In this document: positions 42,101-54,315 of the stretch, in pieces
Position numbering within the stretch: the stretch's first letter is position 1
Layout of the letters: each line of letters opens with the position of its first letter
Source of the DNA: Naegleria gruberi
Taxonomy: Eukaryota
DNA length: 64,000 bases
Assembly: GCA_000004985.1 (NCBI GenBank)
Contig: GG738907.1
Strand: one strand, 5' to 3'
Notes under the pieces: generated by a model
Database searches by the model: none
What the model saw: only the letters and a program-made list of their open reading frames with translations
What the model was told of the DNA's origin: nothing
Made by a program: the position numbers and the translations under genes

Positions 42101-45100
42101 ATGTCTACGGCTACGACATCATCGAAAAAGAAGTCAAGATCCTCATCATCTTCGGGTGGTGTTGAACGTGGCAAGACCATCAAAAAGTCGAATTATTACT
42201 TGATGGGAGAGCGTGAACCAACCAGTGAAATGTTTCAAACTCATATGGACAAGTTGGTTCAACCTCATGTTTCATCATTCGATGCTTTTGGTAATGAAAT
42301 GATGGAAAATATTGCTAAATTTTTATTTCCACTTCACTTGTTCCCAATTAGAGTCGGAGGTAAGAAAACAGATGATAGTACTACTACTACTCCAAATACT
42401 ACAGCAGCAACAACAACAACCATAACCACAACAACAACTACTCTCAGATACTCAACATATATTGAATCAATGAGTTTATCAAAGCCTGTTGTTGGAGATA
42501 ATTTAGTAGACCAAACTGTTTTATCCGAGAAGAGAATGGATGATGAATCACAACAAACACTAGGTGCTTTTACTTCTTCACAAAAAAGAAAAGGCTTACG
42601 TAAGGAAATGTATCCAAAGGATGCTCGTATTGCTGGTGTTAACTATGGAGGAAGTTTAAAGGCAACAATTTTGTTAAAGAACGAAGAAACAGGAGCCATT
42701 GAACGTATTCCTGATATCCAACTTATGGAAGATTTCCCAGTTATGATTAATTCATCATTCTGTAACTTGCCTAAACTTTCTCCAAAACAAAAGATGTTGC
42801 AAGGTGAAGAAGAACACGAATCTGGTGGTTATTTCGTTGTTAGAGGAAGTGAAGTTGTCTATCGTCTCTTAACACAACAACGTGCCAATTTCCCATTTGC
42901 TATTACACGTCCTTCTTGGATGGGTTATAAGGAAGATTTTACTGATAAAGGTATTTTGGTGAGATGTAGACATCCAAAGACACTTATAACGAGATTGGTA
43001 AATATTCACTACAGAAGAGATGGTGTCGTTTTCATGAGAGCTGGTAATCCAGTGCCATTCTATATTAACATTGTTTTGGCATTGAAAGCTTTGAGAGAAT
43101 GTTCCGATAGAGATTTGTTCTTGCTACTTACTGCTGGTACCAAGAATAAGGTTACTTTGGATCGTGTTGTTGAACTTTTGGGTGATTTTAGAAAGACTTT
43201 CCCAACTGTTCAAACTCGTGAAGATGCCATCATTGCTTTGGGTACAATTTATGATCCACACGGATTGAGAAGATTGGAAGAACCAGTTGATAAGAACAAA
43301 TTAATCAAATCTGGTTATGAAGTTCTTAAAAATATCATTTTACCAATGTTTATTGATGAAGATGCGGATATGGAAACAAAGGAAGATTTGAGAATTACTC
43401 CAACTGCTTCAGAATGTCAAAAGAAATTCGATTTTTTGGTTTATTGTGTTCAAAAATTATACAAATTTGTCGATGGTGAAATTGCTGAGGAAAATTTGGA
43501 CGATTTTGATAACCACGAGCTGTTGACTGTTGGTGAAGTTCTTTCCAACGTTATTCCACTTATTATTTATAACAAGATTCAACTTGCACATGGTACTTGT
43601 GCCAAACTATTGATGAAATCGGCAACTACAATGCAACCAGATATGTTGGAACAAAAATATCTTGCTCTCTTTAGAGACAAGTGTAAGAGTATTCTTTCTA
43701 AGGCATGTCCAAATGATATTAACAGACTTTTCAGTGTTGGTGATGTTTCAGTTTCTGCTCCTTTCCGTCCAGAATTGTCTCAAACTCGTGCTCTCTTTAC
43801 CAAACTTGAAAGAATCAACTTTTTGAGAGTTATTTCTCACTTCCGTGCTACTCACAGAGGTATTGCCTTCTTGGATTCTAATTCAACACGTATGAGAAGA
43901 TTGACACCATCATTCTGGGGGTTCATTTGTCCTGTTCACTCTCCTGATGGTCACTTGTGCGGTCTCGTAAACCACTTGTCACAAACCACTGAAATTGTTA
44001 CACATCAAGCCAAACCAAAGGAATTGAGATCTGTTGTCGAAATGTGTTTGAAATTGGGTATGCTTCCTTCATCTACTGAAAAGTGTATTTCAGTTTCTAT
44101 TGAAGATGAAGCTCCGGTCATGCTCGATGGTGCCATTATTGGTAAGGTTTCACATGATAAATTGCAAAATCTTGCTGATCAATTGAGATATTGCAAGGTT
44201 TCTGGAAAGTATGGATTACCTAAATTCATGGAAATTGCTTGTCAACCAAAGTACTCTGCTATGGATATTCCATATTTGCCACAATTGAACATCTTTACCG
44301 ATATTGCCAGAGCTGTCAGACCAGTCAGATATTTACCAACAGGTCAAGATGAATGGATTGGTAGTGCTGAACAAGTTTTTATGAATATTGCTGTTACTGT
44401 TGAAGATATTAAGCCAAATACTACTCACATGGAAATTGATCCAACTAACTTTATGAGTTTCCTTGGTAATTTGACACCATTCTGTAACTTTAACCAATCT
44501 CCTCGTTGTATTTATCAGTGCCAAATGGCCAAACAATCTATGGCAGCAGTTTTCCACAGTGTTGACCATAGAGTTGATACCAAGTTGTTCGACATGAAAT
44601 TACCACAAAAACCACTCACCAGAACTAAGCATCAAACTGATTTACCTTTCGACGAATTTAACAATGGTTGTAACGCTGTTGTTGCTGTCATTTCTTATAC
44701 AGGTTACGATATGGAAGACGCTATGATTATGAACAAGACATCATATGAAAGAGGTATGATGCACGGTACTGTTTTCAAGACTGAAGATATAGATTTAACT
44801 GAAGGAACAGCTTTCCTTACAAATAGAGTTTTCGACAAGACTGAAATGGATTCTGATTATCAAGCTAAGGAATTTGAAGATTTGGATTATGATGGTCTCC
44901 CAGAAGTTGGTTTACCACTCGATGAAGGATCTATCTTTGCTAATTATTATGATCCTGAAAAGCAAAAATTCATGCCAATGAAATGGAAAGATGTTGACTC
45001 TGCTACTGTACACAGCGTTAAAGTTATTGCAACTGACCCATCTGACTACAAGAAGGTTAAACATGCTTCCATAACTTTCAGACTCAATCGTAACCCAATT

Positions 45101-45919
45101 ATTGGTGACAAGTTTTCATCTAGACACGGTCAAAAGGGTGTCTTGTCCATTTTGTGGCCTCAAGAAGATATGCCTTTCACTGATGGTGGTATTGTCCCTG
45201 ACATTGTTATTAACCCTCACGCTTTCCCTTCACGTATGACTATTGGTATGTTAGTCGAATCAATGTCCTCCAAAGCTGGTGCTTTGCATGGTTACTTCCC
45301 AGATGCTACACCATTCAGTTTCAGCGAAGAAAATACTGCTGTTGATCACTTTGGTGAACAATTAAAGAAGGCAGGTTACAATTATCATGGTAATGAAGTT
45401 ATGTACTCTGGAGCTTTGGGTACAACTTTGAAAGCTGATATTTATATGGGTGTTGTGTACTATCAAAGATTGCGTCACATGGTTTCTGACAAGTATCAAT
45501 GTCGTGTTGGTGGTCCAACTAATGCCATTACTCATCAACCTGTTAAGGGTAGAAAGAAGGCTGGTGGTGTAAGAATGGGTGAAATGGAACGTGATGCTCT
45601 CGTTGCTTATGGTGCTGCTGCTGTTGTTAAGGATCGTTTCTTTGATTGTACAGACTCTTCAACTGCAATTGTTTGTACATGTTGTAACCAAATGAATACC
45701 ATTGTTAAACCTGATATGGGAACTGGAAGTGGTCCAATTGTTAGTGGATCAGGAATTGGAGCTAATTTGGATGAACTGTTATGTTGTGTTTGTAAAACTA
45801 ATCAACATTTGCGAACAATTTACATTCCATACACAACCAAATATCTGCACAGTGAATTGGCTGCTATGGGAGTTAATTTGAAGATTTGTGTTGATGAACA
45901 CACTAGTAGGAATATGTAA
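42101..45919 (+). CDS. rpa2: DNA-directed RNA polymerase I second-largest subunit (RPA2/A135)
   Basis: The Rpb2-family motifs are NGCNAVVAVISYTGYDMEDAMIMNKTSYERG, SSRHGQKGVLSILWPQEDMPFTDGGIVPDIVINPHAFPSRMTIG, GGVRMGEMERDALVAYGAA and a C-terminal Cys4 zinc ribbon. The N-terminal blocks LVQPHVSSFDAF, GGYFVVRGSEVV and YPKDARIAGVNYGGSLKATI match yeast Rpa135 (AVQPHIGSFNAL, GGYFIVNGIDKL), not Rpb2 or Rpc2. The ATG is at 42101; the called ORF begins at an upstream TTG. Confidence 0.85.
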   Translation: MSTATTSSKKKSRSSSSSGGVERGKTIKKSNYYLMGEREPTSEMFQTHMDKLVQPHVSSFDAFGNEMMENIAKFLFPLHLFPIRVGGKKTDDSTTTTPNTTAATTTTITTTTTTLRYSTYIESMSLSKPVVGDNLVDQTVLSEKRMDDESQQTLGAFTSSQKRKGLRKEMYPKDARIAGVNYGGSLKATILLKNEETGAIERIPDIQLMEDFPVMINSSFCNLPKLSPKQKMLQGEEEHESGGYFVVRGSEVVYRLLTQQRANFPFAITRPSWMGYKEDFTDKGILVRCRHPKTLITRLVNIHYRRDGVVFMRAGNPVPFYINIVLALKALRECSDRDLFLLLTAGTKNKVTLDRVVELLGDFRKTFPTVQTREDAIIALGTIYDPHGLRRLEEPVDKNKLIKSGYEVLKNIILPMFIDEDADMETKEDLRITPTASECQKKFDFLVYCVQKLYKFVDGEIAEENLDDFDNHELLTVGEVLSNVIPLIIYNKIQLAHGTCAKLLMKSATTMQPDMLEQKYLALFRDKCKSILSKACPNDINRLFSVGDVSVSAPFRPELSQTRALFTKLERINFLRVISHFRATHRGIAFLDSNSTRMRRLTPSFWGFICPVHSPDGHLCGLVNHLSQTTEIVTHQAKPKELRSVVEMCLKLGMLPSSTEKCISVSIEDEAPVMLDGAIIGKVSHDKLQNLADQLRYCKVSGKYGLPKFMEIACQPKYSAMDIPYLPQLNIFTDIARAVRPVRYLPTGQDEWIGSAEQVFMNIAVTVEDIKPNTTHMEIDPTNFMSFLGNLTPFCNFNQSPRCIYQCQMAKQSMAAVFHSVDHRVDTKLFDMKLPQKPLTRTKHQTDLPFDEFNNGCNAVVAVISYTGYDMEDAMIMNKTSYERGMMHGTVFKTEDIDLTEGTAFLTNRVFDKTEMDSDYQAKEFEDLDYDGLPEVGLPLDEGSIFANYYDPEKQKFMPMKWKDVDSATVHSVKVIATDPSDYKKVKHASITFRLNRNPIIGDKFSSRHGQKGVLSILWPQEDMPFTDGGIVPDIVINPHAFPSRMTIGMLVESMSSKAGALHGYFPDATPFSFSEENTAVDHFGEQLKKAGYNYHGNEVMYSGALGTTLKADIYMGVVYYQRLRHMVSDKYQCRVGGPTNAITHQPVKGRKKAGGVRMGEMERDALVAYGAAAVVKDRFFDCTDSSTAIVCTCCNQMNTIVKPDMGTGSGPIVSGSGIGANLDELLCCVCKTNQHLRTIYIPYTTKYLHSELAAMGVNLKICVDEHTSRNM

Positions 45920-46535
45920 ATTTTCAATTTTATAAAATAATATGTTATCATTAAGAATGTTGCAAAATCCTTAATGTACTAAGGCAAAATACCAAATCCA
46001 TTTGCACGTGATTTCCTTTTCAAAGAAACTAAGAACACCAGAAGAATCGTATTATTGTGTTATCATCTCTTCCTTGTTTCGTCTTTACATTTATCTGTTA
46101 TCCTAATATTGACGATAGCATCACTGCTGAAAACAAAGCCTGAATATCCTTTAAGTCGTTCTTGCATTACCCCACTAATAAAGTAGAAAATTGATGGCTT
46201 TCAATTTTTTTTTAAAATTTATTTTTGAAAAAAATACAACAAGCGCGCGGACAAAATTTGCCTTCATTTTTTGGTCAATTCATCATCATTATTCATCAAG
46301 AGTGTGCGCTGTGGCCAAATTAGCATCATCATCGTCTATTGTTTTCAGTTCTCTTCGTTTTGGTTTTGGATAGTATTGGAGAGTTGAAGAATTGAGTTGA
46401 ACATTTAATATATTCGAAAGAGTTTCATTTTGTATTAATTGTTGTTGTTTGATAAGAAAAGTAAATTAATTGTCATCATCAATACGTGATCATCATCAAT
46501 TTAAAATAATATATAAATAATAACAAGAGAGAATA

Positions 46536-47735
46536 ATGGGAAATTGTTTCGGCGGTGATCAACCGGATAAAGGCAAACAAACACCAGTTGGTGACCCGAA
46601 TACTGTAAAGAAGAGTAATGGAAAACGATTATTGTTGGTGGGTGCAGGAGATTCAGGAAAAAGTACGTGATTGATATCTAGTTGAGTCTTTAACTATTTT
46701 ATTATTATTATAGGTACGATATTTAAACAATTGAAAAGATTATTCTCGCAAGGTTTCGCACCAGATGAACTGCAGAATCTGAGACCATATATTTTGGATA
46801 ATGTCAGTAGAAATATGATAAACCTGTGCTATGCCACACAACAATTAAATATTCCAATAGATCAGGAAAATATAGAGAGAAGAGATTTGTTTGCTGGTAT
46901 GTATGCAGATACGAGAGCATCGATGGCAAATGCTAAAAAGTGGAATGCAAATACAGCAAACGATTTTAAATTACTGTGGAAAGATAATGGGTAAGTGAAA
47001 AACAAATAATAATTATCGAATTAATTTGGAAATTCAATAGAATTAAAACAGCATTCAGACAATACAGAGGTACATATCAAATAGAAGATGGTGCACCTTA
47101 TTATTTCGATAAAATAGAAGAGTTAGCTAATCCTGAATGGGTACCACTTGAAGAGGATATTTTAAGAACAAGAATCAAGACAGTTGGTCTTGTGGAGCAG
47201 CAATTTGTTTGTGATGGAACCAATTTTTCAATTATTGATGTTGGTAAGTTTTGTAATATAATTCAGAATTTTGTAAAATATTGTAATCATAGGTGGTCAA
47301 AGAAATGAACGTAAAAAGTGGTTGCGTAACTTTGAGGATGTCGACGCAATTATATATGTCTGTAGTTTATCAGAGTTTGATCAATCGTGTTATGAAGATG
47401 GTATCACAAACAGAATGATAGAATCTCTATCATTATTTGACAGTTACATTTCATCAGATTATTTTAAAACATCACTGGTGTACTTGGTAATGAACAAACA
47501 AGATTTATTCGAAGACAAAATCAATCTCGGAATTAGATTGCAAAACACATTTTCAGATTACACTGGTAATGACGTAGCATCAGCAAAACAATTTATTGAA
47601 GAAAAATACAAAGTGTTAGATACTTTTGAGAGATTACGATCGGTAATGTATTTAACTGCTTTGGACACTGCAAAAATTAAGGAAATGTTAACTTTTATCA
47701 TAGGAGACATGAATCAAGCTGAAACTGAAATATAA
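46536..47735 (+). CDS. Heterotrimeric G protein alpha subunit, 4 exons (46536..46662, 46714..46990, 47041..47243, 47293..47735; introns 51, 50, 49 nt)
   Basis: MGNCFGG supplies a myristoyl-Gly and a palmitoyl-Cys. The splice junctions restore LLLVGAGDSGKS|TIFKQLKRL, ...KDNG|IKTAF, DILRTRIKTVGLVEQQF...IIDVG|GQRNERKKW, and then VMNKQDLFEDKI. These are the canonical G-alpha G1-G4 boxes. Confidence 0.8.
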
Positions 47736-47742
47736 TTATTTT

Positions 47743-50700
47743 CTACAAATCATCAAGATATGACAAGTCATCAAAATCTATTTCTGTTGGAGTATTCTTT
47801 TTTCCTTCATCTGTTTTAGTATTGTCCTGTGTCAATTTGATATCAGAGTTCATTTCACTAAAATTAATCGTTGGTTTAAGTGTTTGGATAGGTTCATTAA
47901 ATGATAAATCCTTTTCCAAGTTTGTTGAACTGGTATCTTTCTCAGGAGTCGGTGTCATGAACTCAAACTCTTCAATAATTTCCACTTCACTTCCTGTTGA
48001 AAGTTTTTTCTTTTTTGGAGTGTTATCTTGAGCTTGAATTTCCTCTTTTTCAGGTAGGGAAATTTGATCTATCTTTCGTTTAGAGCTACTACCCTCTTCC
48101 ATTTCTTTCATAATCTCATCAGCGGCATTAAAATCAACTTCTTCATCGCTGAATTCATACTCATTTTCTTCTTCCGTGGTGTTATTAATATTAGTGGTTG
48201 GCTCTTCAGGTGAACCTGATGGTTTGTTCTCTTCAAAGTCATATTCCATTTCATCTTCATCAACCTCAATTTTATGTTTGTGTCGAACAGCAGAGAGCTT
48301 TTCCAAGTGCTTGTTCTTTTCTTTTGGTTTTGAAACCAAAAGATCTTCACTCAGAATACTGTCATCAATATCATCGTCGTCCAATAAAAGTTGCTTACTA
48401 GGCTTATTGATAGGATGATAACAATGTTTAAACTTGCTTAAAAAGTCAAAATCGTTATTGGCCAAAATAATGTCGCTAAGCCAAATAGAACCTGGAATTT
48501 TTTGGGCATGTCCAATAACTTTGCTCCAATATGATCCTCTCAATAGAGTTTTCATTTTACCAACAATAACCAAGTGATTTCTTGCTCTAGAGAGTGCTAC
48601 ATTCAAACGTTGTTTTTGTTCAATGAAAGCCAATCCGTATTCACTTGTTCTTGATGTTGAAACAAAGACAATATTCTTTTCACCACCTTGGAAGGCATCA
48701 ACAGTACTCACTTTAACTGGCTTTAAATTGTTGGTAATGAATTGAGTTTTAAGGTATGTCTCTTGCGTCTTGTATAAGGCAATGACACCAATATCTTCGT
48801 GTGCAATACCATTTTGAAGCAAGAGTTGAATAAAGTGGATTATAGCCTTGGTTTCAAGTTCATTCTTATACGAGTTGTTTTCTAAAGTTTCAGTTCCATT
48901 TTCACAATCAATTACAAGTACAGGTGGCATTCCAGGAATGAGAGCCTCTCTGTCTTCTTCAGTTATACCATCCACCAGTTTTTTGTCATAGAATAGTTCA
49001 TTGGTAATTCTTGAAATTTTTGGATGGCAACGATATTGTGTTCTAAGCAAGTGAGGTTCACAACCAATATTTGACAATCTGATAAATATTGTCTTTTCAA
49101 GAGAATCTTCCTTATTTTCGCCACTTCTACTACCTGTAAGAGTTGGTGGAAGCTGCAAAGGATCACCAACAGCAACAAATTTCATGCAACTAAATCTAGC
49201 AAGTGGAAGTAAAGCAAGAGGTTCCAAACACTGAGAACTTTCGTCAAGAATGAGAATGGAGAACTTTTGATTTTTTAAAACTTCAAAACCAGTGGCTGCA
49301 CATGTAACTCCAACAACACGGGCATCCTTGATAGATTGCTTTCTGTTTTCATAGACACCACTTTTGAGATCCTTGATAGCTTGCTTGATACCAGCTTCTT
49401 CATCAGCATCAATGTCCTTATCCTTTAACATATCCTGAAGGGATTTGATTTGGTCTTTAACAGATGTGTTCTCAGTGCTAACAGTGTAGGGAAGGACCGA
49501 TTTGGCGATCTTCTTTTGACTACCAACTCTGACAAGATTTTTGTAATTTTCAGTGATAAGACCTTCCAGAATGTTATCTACGGCAACATTAGTAACTGAG
49601 GCAATGAGAATTCTTATTGAAGAGTTGTCTGCCTCATCCAATATTCTACACATAAATAATATGAGAACAATCAATAATGTGGTCTTTCCCGCACCAAAAA
49701 CACCATGAACTAGTTATTGTTAGAATAATCAATTAAAGGAAATTAAAAACATACCTAAACAAATTGGAGAAGAAACATCACCCTTCTCAAACCACTTGGC
49801 ACATCTGTAAATAAGATTACCCTGATCCTCATTAAGCTTGTATTCTTCTATAAATGATTTGGCAGTATTGTATATTTCGTCGTGATCCATTTCCAATTCA
49901 AAAGAAACAACTTGTTGATCGGATGCATCTTGTTTCTCTTCATTATCACCCTTGGATTCATCTTCGGTTGCAGTTTTTTCAATTGGTGGTTTAAATTTTG
50001 TTTTCAATCTCTTTCTGAACAATTCCAGTGATTCTTGTTCTGTTGTACCCAATATTTCAGTTAGGAGTGGTAACTTGAGTGGATCCAATTCTGTCAAGTT
50101 TTCAATCATTTCAAATTCAGTAGAAAAGTTTGGACCTCTAATAGCAAATAGTGTCTCTTGCTCTAAATTGACTCCAAGTCCACTAATAATTTCCAATTCA
50201 ACTTTACCATCCTTGTCAGGTCCATGGAAAACACTTTTGGCAAGTACCAAGTGGCCAGTTTTGTATTGGAAATCCTTAGACTTTGACAATATCCAAATGT
50301 CATCCTTGGCATAAACGGCACTCTTTTCCTTGTTTTCTATTTGTAAGAACCATTGAGTAATGGCAGTCTTCTTTCTTGAAGAACCAAAAGTTTGCTTTAC
50401 AAGATCACAACCAAAATAAAAATGAATTCCATTTCTTCTAAAGAAGGACATTCTATCAAAGTCTCCTGTCTTATTTTCCAAGAAACCATTTCTACTATTT
50501 GTAACAAAGGATGGATGAACATTGTTGGCCCAAGAAAAAAAGTTGCAGGTATCATTCATAGTTGACTTTCCGCATCCATAGAATGGTTTGCCCTTGTTTG
50601 GTCCATCTTTCTTGACAATCTTCAATTTGGCCTTGAGGCTACATTTGCAATTAGGAGCATTATCATTCTTTGGTGCTCCTGCCATTGATCCAGTCTGAGT

Positions 50701-52896
50701 AATCTTACGATAGGTTTTGTAAAAATTATTGGCCAGATTGAACATTTGTAAATTCATTTCCTCAAAGATGGCATCCAAAAAAACAGCCTTATAGTGTTCA
50801 ATAGTTGTGAATTTGTTTGGAACCTCAATAAATCGTTTTGGATGAGTATTGTTCTGTTCATAAAGATCATTCATTTCCATATCTGGAAAGATTATTTCAT
50901 GTTTGGTCCTCTTGAGTTTTTGTACCAATGATAGAATTGGAATATCGGTTGTATTGGAGTGAGATACTGATGATTCTTTTGGAGATTCTTTCTGACCCAT
51001 ACTCAATTGAGTTTGTTTAAATTTCTTATTAGGTGAAACTCTTGTTGGTGGAGCAAACTTTTGAGCGGGAAGAGAGTTTGGTGGAGTAGCATGTTGACAA
51101 GAGGAAGAGGATGATGCAGAAGAAGGAGAAGGAGGAATAAATCTTTGAGGAGGTGTGAAGGTAGTTGAACCACTAGACTTGTTACTGGACACTGATGATG
51201 GAGCTTGAGGAGTTGTGAAATTAGAGGAGCCAGTATCATCATCATCGTCGTCATCGTCCATTAAAAGTTGTCGCTTATGTGGTTGACTTGGTTTTGGTGT
51301 CGATTTCACTGGGGGTTTCACTGTTTGGGTTGGTGGATTAAATGTGGACTTTTTAACTTTTGGTGGACTATCCAATTTCAAATCCTCATCTGAATCTACA
51401 TCAAGATTTTCCAAACTGAGATCAAGTTGTGGGGTTGGTAGTTTTTGTTTTTGTACAATTCTCGAAGCTGACTGAAAGTTTGAGCTGGTATTTACATTAT
51501 TTACACTCGTAAAAGGAGTTGTCTTTTTAGGGATATTGGTTTGTGATTGAATGTTTGGTCTAGAATTTGATTTGGTTTCTGGAATGGAAATCAGACCATC
51601 TTGGAAGTCATCGTCATCCATAAGAAGATCAATTTTTGGTTTGTTGGCTTGGTTGTGAGAAGCTGGCTTACTCATTGATTGTCCTCCTACAGCTCTGTTT
51701 GATGAAGCACTCACGGGAGGGTGCTGTTGTGCCTTAGGTACTTGAATCTCGTCCTCTTCCTCTAATATGTAATCACTTTCATTGTACGGCACCTCCTTTT
51801 CCTCTTCTTCAAATGATGGAGGTCTGTACAGGGCTCTAGTAGGCTTATTTTGATTATTTTCAAATTTACTCTTTAGGAATGAAGCTGTTGAGGAGTGATT
51901 GGAAGTTTCCTTTTCAAACTCGAGTTCAGTAAAATCAAATGTTTCGTCATCCTCTTCGTCGTAGATCTGTGGAGTGGATGATGCCCCTCTTGCATAACTA
52001 GGTTGTTGTTGTTGAGGTGGATTATATCTATTATTTAAATTAGTATTTTGATTGGCAAGGTTTGAAACTTTTTGTTGGTTGACGACCTGCTTCGGAGTAG
52101 CTTGACTAGCACTCTTAAATGATGAAGTATTATTTGCTTGACCGTAACGACTAGTTGGTGTTGTTGTGGCAGAATCATTCTTGAAGAATTTACTTGTTAC
52201 AGCAGGTTTTGTTGATGGAATATCAACATCTCCAAAATCTATTTCACCATCCTCCAAGGAAAACTCATCATCCAAGTCTTGTTGTTGTTGAACAGCTCGT
52301 GCTGGAGGAAGCCTTGAAGTGTTAGTGGAAACAGCTGAAGGTTGTTGTTGTTGGAAAATTGGTGATGGAGTCAATCTGGAAGGCTTTGGATTGCCTTCTT
52401 GTTGATTTCCCTGTTGTTGCTGGTCGCTACCATAATTCTTCTTCCATGAATCATAATTCTCCTTTAGAGGAGGCTTGAATTTCTTGACTGATGTAGTAGT
52501 AGTAGTTGTTCTGGTTATTGTTGGAGTGGTCCGAGAAGGCTGCTGAGAAGATTGGGAAGGCCTTGATTGTTGTGAGGTTGATGTTATTGATGATATATTA
52601 CTATTATTATTATTGCTACTCGATGATGAAGCCTCTGATGATGATGAAATTTCGTCTTCAATTTGAATTTTCAGACTCTTTGTTGTAAATTCCTCTCCAT
52701 TCTCCACATTTGTTATGCCATCACAGTGAGACATGAAAGTTTGCTCCACCTTGTTATTCTTCTCATCGAGAATGATCAATGATTTAGTATCCACATTGTA
52801 CTTTAAAAATCCGTCCTTGTATGATGGAGCCTTCTTTCTCAATTGATTGGTGTAGAGAATTCGGAAGGTTTTAATATTATTAGTATTAGAAGACAT
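47743..52896 (-). CDS. ZGRF1-like protein: N-terminal DUF2439-like region + GRF zinc finger + C-terminal UPF1-like SF1 helicase; 2 exons (49755..52896, 47743..49709; intron 45 nt)
   Basis: N-terminus: FRILYTNQLRKKAPSYKDGFL. The GRF zinc finger is CKCSLKAKLKIVKKDGPNKGKPFYGCG...CNFFSW. Exon 1 ends ...PICL at a gtatgt donor. Exon 2 starts HGVFGAGKTT, which is Walker A. The remaining helicase motifs are ILILDESSQ (II), VAVGDPLQLPP (III), QYRCHPKI (IV), VDAFQGGEKNIVFVS (V) and NVALSRARNHLVIVG (VI). An acidic C-terminal tail follows. Confidence 0.7.
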
Positions 52897-53127
52897 TCAC
52901 AGAGAGATCGGAACCTTCTGTTAATTCCGATTAATGATGATGATAGCTGAAGCCTTCTCAACTAAAAGATTTGATGACTGGATAAGAGCAGAAAAACACA
53001 GCTTGAAATTTTTTGTTTTTTTTGTTTGTGGCAATTTTTATCGACTCTTCACTGGAATTTCGCAATACCAAAAAAACAAAGAAACTGGAGGCTTGATGGT
53101 GAATGAATTGACAAGTCTTTTAAAAAA

Positions 53128-54219
53128 ATGCATTGTTGTTTTGATTCAGTTGTCTCGTTGTGTGTATTGAGTTTTCTTCATCACAGAGACTGGCCAATCA
53201 CAAAGCCTTTCCTAATTTCCTACACTTTCCGCAAGGTATTCAATTCCGATCGTTTCACCAGAGAATTTTTACAAAGACAATTGAAATTGGAGGATTGTGA
53301 TAAATTGGAGGAGACAATTCACAACATGTACTACAAATTTAATTCATCAAATATTAAATGTTACAAAAGAGATCAAAACAAATACCAAATGATTACCAAG
53401 CCAGGTTCTTTGAGGGATGTTTTTCGAATTTATTTTATTTCATCTATTAATGGTGAAGAATCAATGCTCACTAATAAGATTGACACTATTATCAAAGTGT
53501 TTAACAAGGAACGAAATGCCAAATTGTTGGATACGGTTGTAGAACTTGTCAAGGATGTCAAAAATAGTGTAGCTACTTTAGATTCTTTTTATGACTTGAC
53601 AGAGAATGAAGATACTCACAGTACTGTTTATTATTACTTTGGAGTTGATGAGATATCATCTGAAATCTTTCCAAGAATATTCAAGAAATTGAAAGGAGTT
53701 TATTTCCTCAATCAAGAAGAAACAGACATTTATGATTGTGCAGCATTTAACACATCAGTCGTAGTATTCACAAATTCTGGCTATCCTCTACTTATTAAAA
53801 CAGAATACACAACTAACACGGATACTTATAGAGGCCGTATTGTTGAGGAGGAAAATTGTTCAATTTATTCAGATATGATATTCACACACTCGAAACATTT
53901 CGATCAACGTGGAGATTTTCGTCCTGAATTTGAATGTAGCAGATCTAAATTATTGAAAAGTATTCAACCTTTGATATTTAAAAAAGATAGTGCAATAACT
54001 TTGATGGATGAAGTTGAACATCCTGAAAACCAAGCGAAGGATGGCTTGATTTATGCATTCTTCCAATGTGCATTTGGAGTAAAGAAAAATTATTTTGCTC
54101 AAAATGTGAAGGATGATGATTGGGTACCTCTTTGCATAGTTAAAGATGGTAAATTCATTGAAAACCATGCAGATAGTTCAGATGACGAATTTCCTTCCAA
54201 AAAAAGAAAATACAAGTAA
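53128..54219 (+). CDS. Hypothetical protein (no recognised family); possible upstream exon
   Basis: A 363-aa ORF opening with ATG (aaaaaaATGcat) and ending in a basic KKRKYK tail. An upstream small ORF (52934..53170) and a ttgattcag acceptor-like motif suggest the 5' end may be spliced. Confidence 0.3.
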   Translation: MHCCFDSVVSLCVLSFLHHRDWPITKPFLISYTFRKVFNSDRFTREFLQRQLKLEDCDKLEETIHNMYYKFNSSNIKCYKRDQNKYQMITKPGSLRDVFRIYFISSINGEESMLTNKIDTIIKVFNKERNAKLLDTVVELVKDVKNSVATLDSFYDLTENEDTHSTVYYYFGVDEISSEIFPRIFKKLKGVYFLNQEETDIYDCAAFNTSVVVFTNSGYPLLIKTEYTTNTDTYRGRIVEEENCSIYSDMIFTHSKHFDQRGDFRPEFECSRSKLLKSIQPLIFKKDSAITLMDEVEHPENQAKDGLIYAFFQCAFGVKKNYFAQNVKDDDWVPLCIVKDGKFIENHADSSDDEFPSKKRKYK

Positions 54220-54315
54220 ACAACAAGTTGTTGTGGCAGAATGGCAAACAAACAAATCGAACAAATTTCGTTCAACTCAGAAATCTTCCCAGTTGTTGTT
54301 TATTTTAAACCTAGC

